Made by a program: the position numbers and the translations under genes | Assembly (NCBI GenBank): GCA_044376115.1 | Contig: JBILLK010000009.1 | Coordinates: 290,578-354,577, forward strand | Length of the DNA: 64,000 bases | Direction: 5' to 3' | From: Polyangiaceae bacterium | GTDB lineage: Bacteria; Myxococcota_A; Polyangia; Polyangiales; Polyangiaceae | Shown here: positions 1-9,282 of the stretch, piece after piece | How positions within the stretch are numbered: position 1 is the stretch's first letter | Layout: each line of letters starts with the position of its first letter | The notes under the pieces: model-generated | What the model saw: the letters and a program-made list of their open reading frames with translations, nothing else | What the model was told of the DNA's origin: nothing | Database searches by the model: none

Positions 1-1362
1 GATACCCGTTGTGTTGGTCAGCGAGAAGTCCGTCTGGATGCCAAGCCGCAGCCACATTGCGTTCGAAATCAGGTTGCCCAGCGCCGAATCCCCGCCCGAG
101 GCGCTCGAGCGTCGTGAACCGTCGGGGGCGTAGCCCACCAGCAGTTCGAGGTTGGCGAGCGTATCGAGCTGCTGTGCGTAAGGCTCGAGCACGTTGATGA
201 GCGTCGGGTCCTCAGGCACGCTGTCGTTGACGGCGAACAGGTTGAACGAACTCGAGAGAACCTCGAACCCGTTCACCGGATCGTAGCAATCGTCTTGTGC
301 TTTGTTCGGGTCGCACGCCTCCGCTAGGTCTTCCGCGGCGTTGCTGAGGACGAGGTCGAGCCGGCCGACATACTTCGCAAACGCGCCGGAGTGCGCGAGC
401 ACAACCTCGCGCGGCTTGCAGTAGCGACGCTCCTTCTTTCCGCTCTCTGCGCCATCGACCTCGACATAGAAGCTCTGCGCCTCCTCGTCGAAGTTCTGAG
501 AACAATCGAACACCTTCTTCGGCGGTTGGAGAACGATGTGATTGTGACCGCCGAGCACCACGTCGAGCCCGGTGGTGGTCGCAATCAGTTCCTCGTCATT
601 CTCCAAGCCAAGGTGCGAGATGACGGTGACCACGTCCACGTAAGGCCGCAGCATATCGATGTAGGCTTGGGCGATCTGCGTCGTCCCGAGCGGCGTGATT
701 CCCAACCTGTTGGGGCTATCGAAAATCGAGGTCAAGCTCGACAGGTTGGCCATGCCGATCACGGCGACGCGCAGACCGTCGGCGTCGAGCACGGTGTACG
801 GTCTGAACAGGGTCCCCAGCGGCGAAGCCCCCGGCTGCGAGGCGTCTTCCATCTGGTAGTTGGCCGCCAGCGGAGGAAAGGTTGCCCACTTCTGCAGCTG
901 GACGCCGAGGTTTCGCGCACCCGAGTCGAACTCGTGGTTGGCGATCAACATGGCGTCGATGCCCATGGTGGAGAGCGACTTGATCTCCGCTTCCCCGTTG
1001 AAGAAGTTGAACACCGGAGCGCCCTGGAAGCAGTCCCCGCCGTCGATGTGGAGCGATCGACCCGCGCGTGCTCGCTCCCGCCCGACGATGTGCGAGATCC
1101 TCGCGATTCCGCCCACGTTCGCGATCGCTCCGTTCTCTCCCAGACCCAGACCTGCGTCGACCTGGCCTACCTGGAAGTTGTAGGGAAAGAGCCGCGAATG
1201 GATGTCCGAGGTGTGAAGTAGGGTCAGGTGAACCTGACCTTGGAGCTGTGTCTTGGGCGGGGGTTCTTCACAACCACCCATGGTGGCGGCGGCGAACCCG
1301 GCGCCTCCAAACATTAGCGCAGCGCACGAAAGCGCCTGCGCTCGGAGTCGCCAATGAGCCAT
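1..1362 (-). CDS. 5'-nucleotidase / bifunctional metallophosphatase family lipoprotein (runs off the window edge, 3' end missing)
   Basis: Manual minus-strand translation (not in ORF track): MAHWRLRAQALSCAALMFGGAGFAAATMGGC..., then LLHTSDIHSRL, IDGGDCFQG, IANHEFD, ISHLG, LGGHNH calcineurin-like motifs. The + ORF 391..1221 is its antisense shadow. Confidence 0.88.
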   Translation of the reverse strand, partial: MAHWRLRAQALSCAALMFGGAGFAAATMGGCEEPPPKTQLQGQVHLTLLHTSDIHSRLFPYNFQVGQVDAGLGLGENGAIANVGGIARISHIVGRERARAGRSLHIDGGDCFQGAPVFNFFNGEAEIKSLSTMGIDAMLIANHEFDSGARNLGVQLQKWATFPPLAANYQMEDASQPGASPLGTLFRPYTVLDADGLRVAVIGMANLSSLTSIFDSPNRLGITPLGTTQIAQAYIDMLRPYVDVVTVISHLGLENDEELIATTTGLDVVLGGHNHIVLQPPKKVFDCSQNFDEEAQSFYVEVDGAESGKKERRYCKPREVVLAHSGAFAKYVGRLDLVLSNAAEDLAEACDPNKAQDDCYDPVNGFEVLSSSFNLFAVNDSVPEDPTLINVLEPYAQQLDTLANLELLVGYAPDGSRRSSASGGDSALGNLISNAMWLRLGIQTDFSLTNTTGI

Positions 1363-1481
1363 GGGCCAACGTTACTAGGTACGGTCTGCCCAGACCTCAA
1401 GCAAAAAGGTTGTGACGAAGACGAGTCCTCCCGCGACACTAGCGCATCCTCGGTTACGCCCTCTATCCTCGCGCCCAGAGG

Positions 1482-2228
1482 GTGCCTGTGGCCGACGACT
1501 ATTTTTTTCGGAAGCTTCCCCGTGCGACCCAGGGGCGACTCGAGGAGCTGATTCGCGAGATCAAGCAGGCCTGGGGCAGCTCGCTCAGCAGCGTGATCCT
1601 ATTTGGCAGCGTTGCACGCGGAGAGTGGGCGCAGGGGCGTAGCGATGTTGACGTAGTGCTGGTCGCCAAACAGCTTACGCCGAAGGAGCTTGCATCAGCG
1701 GCCGAAGCGATCGCCGTGGCGCAGGCTGCCATTCGGCTGGACGCCCTGTTGCTCGAAGAGGCGGAGATCCCACGCTCAGCGGACGTCTCGCCGCTCTTGT
1801 TCCGCGACATTTGCGAGCATCGCATCGTGATCGCCGGGGCCGACGTGTTTGCGTCTGTGGTCGTGCGCGAAGAGCACGTTGATTTGGCGATCGAGCAAGA
1901 ACTACGGGATTCGTTGCGCGGCTTGCGGCGAGCTCTGATAGACGCTCGTGACGATGAGGCTCTGATCGCCCTGCGAGTCGAAGCCTACTTGCGTAAGATC
2001 CGAATCCCGCTGCGGGCCTTGTTGCGCGCCGAGGGCATAGAGGTTGGGCATGCACTTTCGCTGGTGGTGGCCAAGGCCGCGCGCAACTTCCGGCTCGACT
2101 CGACGGTGCTCGAACGTGCACGGGAGCGGCCGGTGCGAGCTTGTGAAGAGCTGCTCGAACTATGCTCCAGGGCGATCGCGCTCGCCGATAGTCGCAACGC
2201 AAAGAACTCGGCTGGCGCGGTGGAGTAG
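1482..2228 (+). CDS. Nucleotidyltransferase-domain protein (pol-beta-like) with helical C-terminus
   Basis: LFGSVARGEWAQGRSDVDVVLV matches the hG[GS]...DxD NTase signature. Confidence 0.8.
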   Translation: MPVADDYFFRKLPRATQGRLEELIREIKQAWGSSLSSVILFGSVARGEWAQGRSDVDVVLVAKQLTPKELASAAEAIAVAQAAIRLDALLLEEAEIPRSADVSPLLFRDICEHRIVIAGADVFASVVVREEHVDLAIEQELRDSLRGLRRALIDARDDEALIALRVEAYLRKIRIPLRALLRAEGIEVGHALSLVVAKAARNFRLDSTVLERARERPVRACEELLELCSRAIALADSRNAKNSAGAVE

Positions 2229-2230
2229 CT

Positions 2231-3025
2231 TTGGACACCTTCGGCATCGTCGTCGTCGCGGCGCTCTCCGCGTTGATTTGGGTGATCGCGACCCGCTGGC
2301 TCGTGGTGGTGGTGCTCTCGCTCCTTGAAGGCACGCCTGAGGAGAAGCGGGCTGGGTTCGTTGTCGGTCGCATGCCCGTGCGGGAGGACTTGCTCAAGGT
2401 AGCGATGGCCAGCGGCGGGGTTCAGCGCGGTGCGGAGCTCCTCGTCGCGCAGGCCCTCGCGGAGAAGTGGCTCCTGCGCGAGCGGCCTGCCCGCCAAGGT
2501 GAGCTTTTCTCGGTGTTCGAGCCGCGACCAGGGGCTCCGGCCTGGGCCAACGCGCTCAAGCTTGAGTTGGGCCATCGACCCGACCGCGCGAAGGTTTTAC
2601 GGAGTGCGCTCCACGTGGTCGAGCGACAGCGCCCCGCGTTAACGTCGGAGTTGGTGCAGCTGTGTGTATTTCGCCCCGTGTGGCAGAAGGCGGTCGCCAT
2701 CGCTTCGGTATGCTTTTCCGGCGCTCTATCGACGCTGGTCTTTGCTCGCTTGTTGGAGATGGCGGAGGGCGGGCGGTTGGAGGAGCTGTTTGTGTGGGGC
2801 GTAGCGCTCGTATTCACGCTGGCGATGCTTGGCGTAGCTTTGACGCTGCCAACGAGAACGGCGTTCGGTGAGCGCTACCTCGAATGGTTGCTGGGGGCGA
2901 CCACCGCTGTCGCGGACCAGGCAGAAGAGGGCCGTCTCGACGACCCTCGGGATGTCGGGTTGGTGGTGGCAACTCGCGGCTTGCACGCCGTTCGTGGCAA
3001 GGCCTACTCCGCGCTGCTCGAGTAG
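2231..3025 (+). CDS. Hypothetical membrane protein (possibly TIGR04222-like)
   Basis: N-terminal and two C-terminal hydrophobic helices; starts 2 nt after the upstream stop; family assignment tentative. Confidence 0.55.
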   Translation: MDTFGIVVVAALSALIWVIATRWLVVVVLSLLEGTPEEKRAGFVVGRMPVREDLLKVAMASGGVQRGAELLVAQALAEKWLLRERPARQGELFSVFEPRPGAPAWANALKLELGHRPDRAKVLRSALHVVERQRPALTSELVQLCVFRPVWQKAVAIASVCFSGALSTLVFARLLEMAEGGRLEELFVWGVALVFTLAMLGVALTLPTRTAFGERYLEWLLGATTAVADQAEEGRLDDPRDVGLVVATRGLHAVRGKAYSALLE

Positions 3026-3709
3026 CTAGGGCGGGGGAGCTGCGTCGCAGCTTGGGGGTCGGCCGCTCAAGGCTGCGCGAGCGGAGATCCTTACGACCAC
3101 CGTGTTGCTCACCAGCCCCTCGTAGCCGCCGTCATTACGAATCCCGAACTCCTGACGATCGATCTCGAACTCGAGAGCGGCCCTCGCTTCGCAGCCGTCC
3201 ACCTCGAGCGAGAGCGGCATCGAGATCCGGCGCGTCTTTCCATGCAAACTTAGGTCACCAAACAACGTGAACGCTGACTCGTCGCATGGTGGGGCCGCGC
3301 ACTCGGCTTTGGCCAGCGATACCGAATTGAAGGTACCTTGCGGGAACTGCGTCGCGTGCAGGAAGTCATCGCGAGCGATGTCGGCAACCAGCTGCCAAGA
3401 AGCCTGAGCGCTCGTGATGTCAACCTGTGCCGAGAAAGAGCTCGCCTTGAGGGACTTACGGTCGAGCTTGAGCACTCCCACCGAGCGCGGAAACGAGACT
3501 GTGTACGCGGCTCCAGCGCTGACGTCGGTTTCCACGCTAAGCGCAGGCGACTGTAGCTCGTACGTCTCGACTTCATTCGAGGGTGTGAAGGCTGCGGGCG
3601 CCTCAACGTCGAGTTGTGCGCGGACCGCACCAGCGCAGCCGATTGTCAGCATCGAGGCTAAAGCGACGGCGCCCCGTTTGCGGAGCAGAGCTAAGCGCGA
3701 GCTCGTCAC
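3026..3709 (-). CDS. YceI family protein (probable lipoprotein)
   Basis: RDDFLHATQFPQGTF, GDLSLHGKTR, IDRQEFGI YceI motifs; TIGC lipobox-like site. Confidence 0.8.
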   Translation of the reverse strand: MTSSRLALLRKRGAVALASMLTIGCAGAVRAQLDVEAPAAFTPSNEVETYELQSPALSVETDVSAGAAYTVSFPRSVGVLKLDRKSLKASSFSAQVDITSAQASWQLVADIARDDFLHATQFPQGTFNSVSLAKAECAAPPCDESAFTLFGDLSLHGKTRRISMPLSLEVDGCEARAALEFEIDRQEFGIRNDGGYEGLVSNTVVVRISARAALSGRPPSCDAAPPP

Positions 3710-5487
3710 GCGTCCTCGACCGGATCGTCGTCTCCCGTGAGAAGGTCATGCAGCCTCGGCTCGAAGGCGCGGCGCACGACGGCCTCGACTTCGGCAGCGG
3801 TGGAAAGCTCGAATGCGGCCTGTGCGACGTTGCGTGCTTCCTCCAGGTCCACGCGACGAAAGGTCTCGCGAATCTCAGCGATCGCGCCGACCTCCATCGA
3901 GAACTCTCGGACGCCGAGCCCGAGTAGAAGGCAGGCAGACAGCGGATCCCCAGCCATCGCACCGCACACGCTCACGGGACAATGATGTCGCTTGCCCGCT
4001 TCGACGATGGTGTGGATCAAGCGCGAGATCGATGGATCAAAGGGAGAGGCGAGGTAGGCCAGGTTGCGGCTCGCTCGATCCACCGCCAGCGTGTACTGAA
4101 TGAGATCGTTGGTTCCGATGCTCATGAAGGCGGCCTCGCGAGCAAAGTGGTCAGCGAGAATTGCCGCCGAAGGAACCTCGATCATCACTCCGAGCGGGGG
4201 CTCGCCGGGCACGTTGATGCCCTCGGCGCGCACCTGGTTCAGCGCGCTCAGCATCATGTGCTTGGCCCAACGGAACTCAGCTAGCGACGAGACCATCGGC
4301 ACCATGATGCGCACGTCCCCGTTGGCACTTGAGCGAACCATCGCCCGCAGGTGCTCCAGGTAAACCTCGGGCCGCGCCTCAGCGAGGCGAATCGCCCGCA
4401 AGCCAAGCATCGGGTTGAGCTCCACCGGCAGCTTGAACGTGGAGGCGAATTTGTCTCCTCCAATATCGAAGGTTCGCAGCACCACGGGCGCGCCGTGCAC
4501 CATCTCGATCACCGATGCGAAGGCATGAAGTTGTTCCTCTTCGGTAGGCGGATGCGCGCGGTCGATGAAGAGGTACTCGGTCCGATAGAGGCCAACCCCG
4601 AGCGCGCCCTCATCGTGAGCTTCCTTCGCCTCTTCGGGGACCTCGACGTTGGCACGCAGTACGAGCTCGACCCCGCAGCGTGTGCGCGAGGTGGAGTCTC
4701 GGGTGGTTGCGAGATCTCGACTCCGGGCGCGCGCTTTCTCGGCGCGCAGCTGAGCCTCTCGCAGCTCTTCCGGCGAAGGATCGATCACGATGATGCCGCG
4801 CAGACCGTCGACGATCACGCGATCGCCATGGGAAACGGTGCGGGTTACGTCAGTGACGCCGACCACCGCGGGGATCTTCAGTGCGCGGGCGGTGATGCTG
4901 GTGTGGCTGGTTCGGCTGCCGCGCTCGGTCACGAAGGCGACCACTGAGTTGGAGACGAAGCCGGCGGTGTCGGCAGGCGACAGATCGCGCGCGACGAGCA
5001 CCGACTGCTCGAGCTCGTCGCTACCATGCTTCGCGGCTGCTAGTTGCTCACGGTCACGACCGAAAGCGCGCAACAAGTGCTCCCCAACGAACTCGATGTC
5101 GCGGCTGCGCTCGCGCAGATACGGGTCTGTGGCGCGACCCATTTGTTGGGCCAGCTCTTCGATCGCTTGGGTCACCGACCACTCAGCCGCGTGCTTTTCG
5201 ACCTCAATCCAGCGGTTGACCGAGCTCTTGAGCAAGGGGTCATCCACCATCAACGCGTAGGCTTCGAGAACAGCGTGGGCATGGGGCTTGTCGTCGAGCC
5301 CGGACACGATCGCGCGCAGCTCTTCCTTCGCGCGCAGGGTCGCAGCTTCGTAGCGCGCAAGTTCTGCGGGGATTTCTGACGGGTCGAGTTTGCGTCGATT
5401 GACCTTCCCCAACGGGTTGCCAATCACGACGGCTCTGCCGATCGCGATACCGGGGGAACCGCAGATTCCCTGGAGTACGCTGCTCAC
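3706..5487 (-). CDS. ptsI: Phosphoenolpyruvate-protein phosphotransferase (PTS enzyme I)
   Basis: GSRTSHTSI phospho-His motif, GVGLYRTE, RTFDIGGDK, MIEVP, SIGTNDLIQYTLAVDR. Confidence 0.96.
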   Translation of the reverse strand: MSSVLQGICGSPGIAIGRAVVIGNPLGKVNRRKLDPSEIPAELARYEAATLRAKEELRAIVSGLDDKPHAHAVLEAYALMVDDPLLKSSVNRWIEVEKHAAEWSVTQAIEELAQQMGRATDPYLRERSRDIEFVGEHLLRAFGRDREQLAAAKHGSDELEQSVLVARDLSPADTAGFVSNSVVAFVTERGSRTSHTSITARALKIPAVVGVTDVTRTVSHGDRVIVDGLRGIIVIDPSPEELREAQLRAEKARARSRDLATTRDSTSRTRCGVELVLRANVEVPEEAKEAHDEGALGVGLYRTEYLFIDRAHPPTEEEQLHAFASVIEMVHGAPVVLRTFDIGGDKFASTFKLPVELNPMLGLRAIRLAEARPEVYLEHLRAMVRSSANGDVRIMVPMVSSLAEFRWAKHMMLSALNQVRAEGINVPGEPPLGVMIEVPSAAILADHFAREAAFMSIGTNDLIQYTLAVDRASRNLAYLASPFDPSISRLIHTIVEAGKRHHCPVSVCGAMAGDPLSACLLLGLGVREFSMEVGAIAEIRETFRRVDLEEARNVAQAAFELSTAAEVEAVVRRAFEPRLHDLLTGDDDPVEDA

Positions 5488-5789
5488 TCCGGTTCACCGA
5501 AGCGGTTGCGGATGAGCTCGCCAATCGCGTGAACACAGCTCTGGGCTTCAGTCCCCCGTGCCACCACCCGTACGACGGTGCCTTTGGCTCCGCACAGCAG
5601 CAAGACCCCCATCACGCTCTTGGCGTTCACCTCCTCGGAGGCGTCTGAACTGACGAGAACTTCGCACGGAAATCTGCCTGCCATTTGCACGAGCTTGGTC
5701 GCTGCTCTGGCATGCAGACCTCGTTCGTTGACAATCTCGAAGGCAGCTTCCGCATGCTCGGTTTGCCCCGCTCCCCCTGATCCAGTCAT
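5484..5789 (-). CDS. ptsH: HPr phosphocarrier protein
   Basis: GLHARAAT (His15) and NAKSVMG (Ser46). Confidence 0.95.
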   Translation of the reverse strand: MTGSGGAGQTEHAEAAFEIVNERGLHARAATKLVQMAGRFPCEVLVSSDASEEVNAKSVMGVLLLCGAKGTVVRVVARGTEAQSCVHAIGELIRNRFGEPE

Positions 5790-6733
5790 GGCGTTCCCCC
5801 CGGTTCGCTGACGTTGACTCTCGGAAACTCACCGGAGAGACGAGCCTTCTTGGTCGCGTCTCGGTGGGAAATGAAGAAGGGGCCTTCATGCGTGAGTGAA
5901 AGCCTCCTGTGCAGTTCCAACACCGACGCGACGGAGCGGTGTTGCCCGCCAGTGCAGCCGATCGCCACCGTCAAGTAGCTCTTCCCCTCGGCCTGGTAGC
6001 GCGGCAAAAGAAAGCCGACCAGTTGGGTTAGGTGCGCCATGAACGGGTCAAACCCTTCATCCTGCGCCACATAAGCGGCGACGTCCGGGTCTTGGCCCGT
6101 TAGGTCACGCAGCTCAGGTACGAAGAAAGGGTTCTTGAGAAAGCGGACGTCGAACACCAAGTCGGCGTCCGCGGGCACCCCGAGTTTGAAGCCAAAGCTC
6201 ATCAGCCGCGTGCTCATGCGAGCTGGCTCGACCGAGGTCAGCGTAATGACGCGTCGCTTGAGCTCGTGCACGTTCAACTTGCTCGTGTCGATCACTACGT
6301 CGGCGAGCGAGCGCAGGCTCGACATCCGCAGCCGTTCCAGTTCGATCCCCTCCAATACGCTGGACAGGTGCGGCGCATGCGCGCGATGCGCCTCCGCCTC
6401 GATCGGGTGGGGTCTGCGGGTCTCACTGAATCGCCGCACGAGCATCTCGTCCGATGCGTCGAGGAACAACACACGCACGTCGCGCAGACCGTCGCGCGCG
6501 AGGGCCTTGATGGCGAAGGACGCGCCGTCGAGGAAGCTGCGTACGGTGCTGGAGAGCCCTAACGCGATCTCGGTAACCCCAGCCTGTTCACACGCGACAA
6601 TCGCGTTCTCGGTGGTAGCCGGTGGGAGATTCTCGATGGCGTGATAGCCACGGTCCTCCAGCGCTTCGATGGCCGTCGTCTTGCCTGCGCCAGAGAGCCC
6701 GGTGACCACCACCACTTTCGTGTTTGGATTCAT
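5786..6733 (-). CDS. rapZ: RNase adapter RapZ/YvcJ family P-loop protein
   Basis: TGLSGAGKT, RRFSETRRPHP, SFGFK, FDVRFLKNPF, IGCTGGQHRSV. Confidence 0.95.
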   Translation of the reverse strand: MNPNTKVVVVTGLSGAGKTTAIEALEDRGYHAIENLPPATTENAIVACEQAGVTEIALGLSSTVRSFLDGASFAIKALARDGLRDVRVLFLDASDEMLVRRFSETRRPHPIEAEAHRAHAPHLSSVLEGIELERLRMSSLRSLADVVIDTSKLNVHELKRRVITLTSVEPARMSTRLMSFGFKLGVPADADLVFDVRFLKNPFFVPELRDLTGQDPDVAAYVAQDEGFDPFMAHLTQLVGFLLPRYQAEGKSYLTVAIGCTGGQHRSVASVLELHRRLSLTHEGPFFISHRDATKKARLSGEFPRVNVSEPGGTP

Positions 6734-8004
6734 CGCCGGTCCTTTGGGGGGATGCTCGAGATACCGGGAGGGGGTGCCGAGGATTCATCCGCCCGCGGAG
6801 CTCGGATGGAGGGCGTCGCAAACTGGCTCTCTCGAGAACGCGCGATCGAACGTGGATCCGAACGATGGGCGGGCGTGAAGGTATGGCCAGGCACGTTGGG
6901 GGCCCCGGCGCGGCGCGACGAGGCTTGATCGGCCAATTGTGCCTCGATCGCTCCAAACAATTCGCGCGCCGCGTGATGGCCAGCGTTCTTGAGCAACTCG
7001 TTGCGCGCCGCGACCTCGAGGATGGAGGCCATGTCGCGTCCGGGCCGCACCGGGATGGCCAACTCCGGAATCGAAACGTCCAAGATGGTGTGGAAACGAT
7101 CTTCGACGCCCATCCTGTCGATCTCGACGCCCGCAGCGTCTTCGTCCACGAGGCGGACCACCACGTCAATCCGTTTGCGCTCGCGGATCGCCGTCACACC
7201 GAAAAGATCCTTGATGTTGAGGATGCCGAGCCCGCGCACCTCGAGGTGATGACGAAGCAGCTTTGCCGGCGCTCCGAACACCATTCCAGGCGGTCGGTAG
7301 TCACACTCGACCACGTCGTCTGCCACGAGCCGATGACCGCGCATGACCAAGTCCAAGGCACATTCGCTTTTGCCGACCCCGCTCGAGCCCATCAAGAAGA
7401 GCCCTACGCCGAATACGTCGATGAGCACGCCGTGCATTCGTTTGCGTGGAGCCAGCCGCTCGTCCAACAAAGCATGCAACGAGGTAATGGTCAGACTCGA
7501 CCGCTCGGCCGCATGAAGGAGCGGTGTGCCTGAAGCGTCAGCCGCCGCGGAGATCTCCTTGACGTAGCGGCCCCGGTCGCCCGTTAGCACTACGCAACTC
7601 AGGCCGAGTCCAAAGAAGCCAGCCAGCGCTCGTTGCCGTTCATCGTCTGCCAAGGCGTCGATGAACGATTGCTCCGTCTGGCCTAGAATCTGAATCCGCG
7701 TGGCGACGATGCCGTGGAAATGCCCCGCCAATGCCAGGCCCGACTTCTGGATTCGTGTATGAGCAATGGGCCGGTCTATCCCGCTCGCTCCTGCGATGAG
7801 GGACAGGTGCAGCTCCAGCGACTCATCCAAGAGCGCGCGCACCGACATGGGCGTCTTGCGATCCGTTGCCGAGGACGCAGCCAACGGCGGCTTGGTCTCC
7901 TCTCCACTGGGCCAATCGAGAGCAGAAAGACCTCGTTCAGGCGGCCCCGCCTGCCTCGAACTAGACGGGGCCGCACGTGACGGAGGGTCGTCGTCAGCGT
8001 TCAC
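6730..8004 (-). CDS. hprK: HPr(Ser) kinase/phosphorylase
   Basis: HGVLIDVFGVG, GSSGVGKSECALDLVMRGHRLVADD, LEVRGLGI, PVRPGR; low-complexity extensions at both ends. Confidence 0.95.
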   Translation of the reverse strand: MNADDDPPSRAAPSSSRQAGPPERGLSALDWPSGEETKPPLAASSATDRKTPMSVRALLDESLELHLSLIAGASGIDRPIAHTRIQKSGLALAGHFHGIVATRIQILGQTEQSFIDALADDERQRALAGFFGLGLSCVVLTGDRGRYVKEISAAADASGTPLLHAAERSSLTITSLHALLDERLAPRKRMHGVLIDVFGVGLFLMGSSGVGKSECALDLVMRGHRLVADDVVECDYRPPGMVFGAPAKLLRHHLEVRGLGILNIKDLFGVTAIRERKRIDVVVRLVDEDAAGVEIDRMGVEDRFHTILDVSIPELAIPVRPGRDMASILEVAARNELLKNAGHHAARELFGAIEAQLADQASSRRAGAPNVPGHTFTPAHRSDPRSIARSRESQFATPSIRAPRADESSAPPPGISSIPPKDRR

Positions 8005-8528
8005 TGCGGGCGACTCTCTTCACCGACGATCAACGCAAAGGCACTGTCACCGTCTTTTGCGTCGACGAGCCGCTTGCGGAACGTTTCATCCCGCAGAAGC
8101 CGGGAGACACGAGCGAGCGTCTTTAGGTGCTGCCCAACCTCGCGTCGCGGGCTTATGACCGCGAAAAATATATTGACCGGCAAGCCGTCGATCGCATCAA
8201 AGCCCACTGCGTCGCGACAGAGCAGCACGGCCCCACGGATATGCGTCAGCTCGGCGAACTCGCCGAAGGCGTGCGGGATCGCCACGCCCCCTCCGACGCC
8301 AGTCGAGAGTTGCTCCTCCCGTTTGAGCAACAAGCTCTCGACCTCAACCGCGTTGAGCGACGATTGGCCGGGTTGCGTCACGATACCGTCGCATAGGAGT
8401 TCGGCGAGCAGTCGCAAAGCGTCTTGCTTCGTGCGAACAGTGCGCGCTTGGGGGCCCGAGATTGCGACACGGGCAGGGGTAAGGATATCGACGACCTGCA
8501 TCGGACGGCTCGCAGGAGACCCTAGCAT
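8001..8528 (-). CDS. ptsN: PTS IIA (Fru/Ntr-type) component
   Basis: REEQLSTGVGGGVAIPHA, FDAIDGLPV, HLKTLARVSRLL; start could be ATG at 8501. Confidence 0.9.
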   Translation of the reverse strand: MLGSPASRPMQVVDILTPARVAISGPQARTVRTKQDALRLLAELLCDGIVTQPGQSSLNAVEVESLLLKREEQLSTGVGGGVAIPHAFGEFAELTHIRGAVLLCRDAVGFDAIDGLPVNIFFAVISPRREVGQHLKTLARVSRLLRDETFRKRLVDAKDGDSAFALIVGEESRPQ

Positions 8529-8626
8529 GACGATAGAGCGCGACGCACAAAGAACAACGCCCCGCGGCCCTTGCTTTGGAAGGTCCCCGCGGAGCGTTGC
8601 ACTGTAAGTCTGGAGCGGGCGAGGCT

Positions 8627-8986
8627 TTAGCCGCGGGTACCGCGCTGTGACTCTCGTTCCACCTCGATTGCGAACTCGCCTGCGCTCATCCCGCCGTGCT
8701 TCTTGGCGACCGAAGCCCCTTTGGCGGCTTGAATCTGCCGCTCGAGCTTGTCGATCACCATGTCGAGCGACGCGTACATATCCGTCCGGCGCTCGTTGGC
8801 GTGAAAGGTATTGCTACCAGATTGAATTCGAACGTCTGCAACGTGATCCAGTCCTTCTACGGCTAAGGTCACATGAGCTGTCATCGCTTGTCTCAGGAAC
8901 TTCTGCAGTTTGGAGACCTTGTCATGAGCGTGGGTTTTCATCGCTTCCGTTCCTTCCATTTGTCGGAACGTGATCGAGATGTTCAT
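8627..8986 (-). CDS. hpf: Ribosome hibernation promoting factor (HPF/RaiA)
   Basis: MNISITFRQM...DMYASLDMVIDKLERQI; GAGGAGG RBS before ATG 8986, so start trimmed from ORF 8627..9094. Confidence 0.92.
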   Translation of the reverse strand: MNISITFRQMEGTEAMKTHAHDKVSKLQKFLRQAMTAHVTLAVEGLDHVADVRIQSGSNTFHANERRTDMYASLDMVIDKLERQIQAAKGASVAKKHGGMSAGEFAIEVERESQRGTRG

Positions 8987-9282
8987 TCGAATCCTCCTCA
9001 AACTGCGCGCGACCCGGTGGGCAATCCGAGGGACGCTCGCTTTCTTGATCGTACAAGTCCAAGAGGTGAACGGAAGGTAACATTCCCGCTTCAACCAATA
9101 ATTTTCGATCGTGAGGGCCGAGGCACGCTTATTTGAGGTCAGCTGGCCTACTCCCTCGACGAGCGCCCGTGCGCAGCGGTAGCATTCGCCCGCGACCGAA
9201 TACGCAGGCTTGCGTCGAGCAAGTTACGCCGTGCGGACTGGTACGATGAAGCACGCTCCCCGTTGAAGAGCGCATGATTGGG

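Noticed and set aside
391..1221. Long ORFs opposite real genes (also 6724..7533, 16383..17387, 34719..36005, 37912..39300, 43917..45215, 46538..47734, 48430..49788)
   Set aside because: Antisense shadows typical of high-GC codon usage; no family motifs.
1482..2228. MNT-HEPN toxin-antitoxin or CD-NTase defence system
   Set aside because: No HEPN RxxxxH partner or CBASS effector is recognisable nearby.
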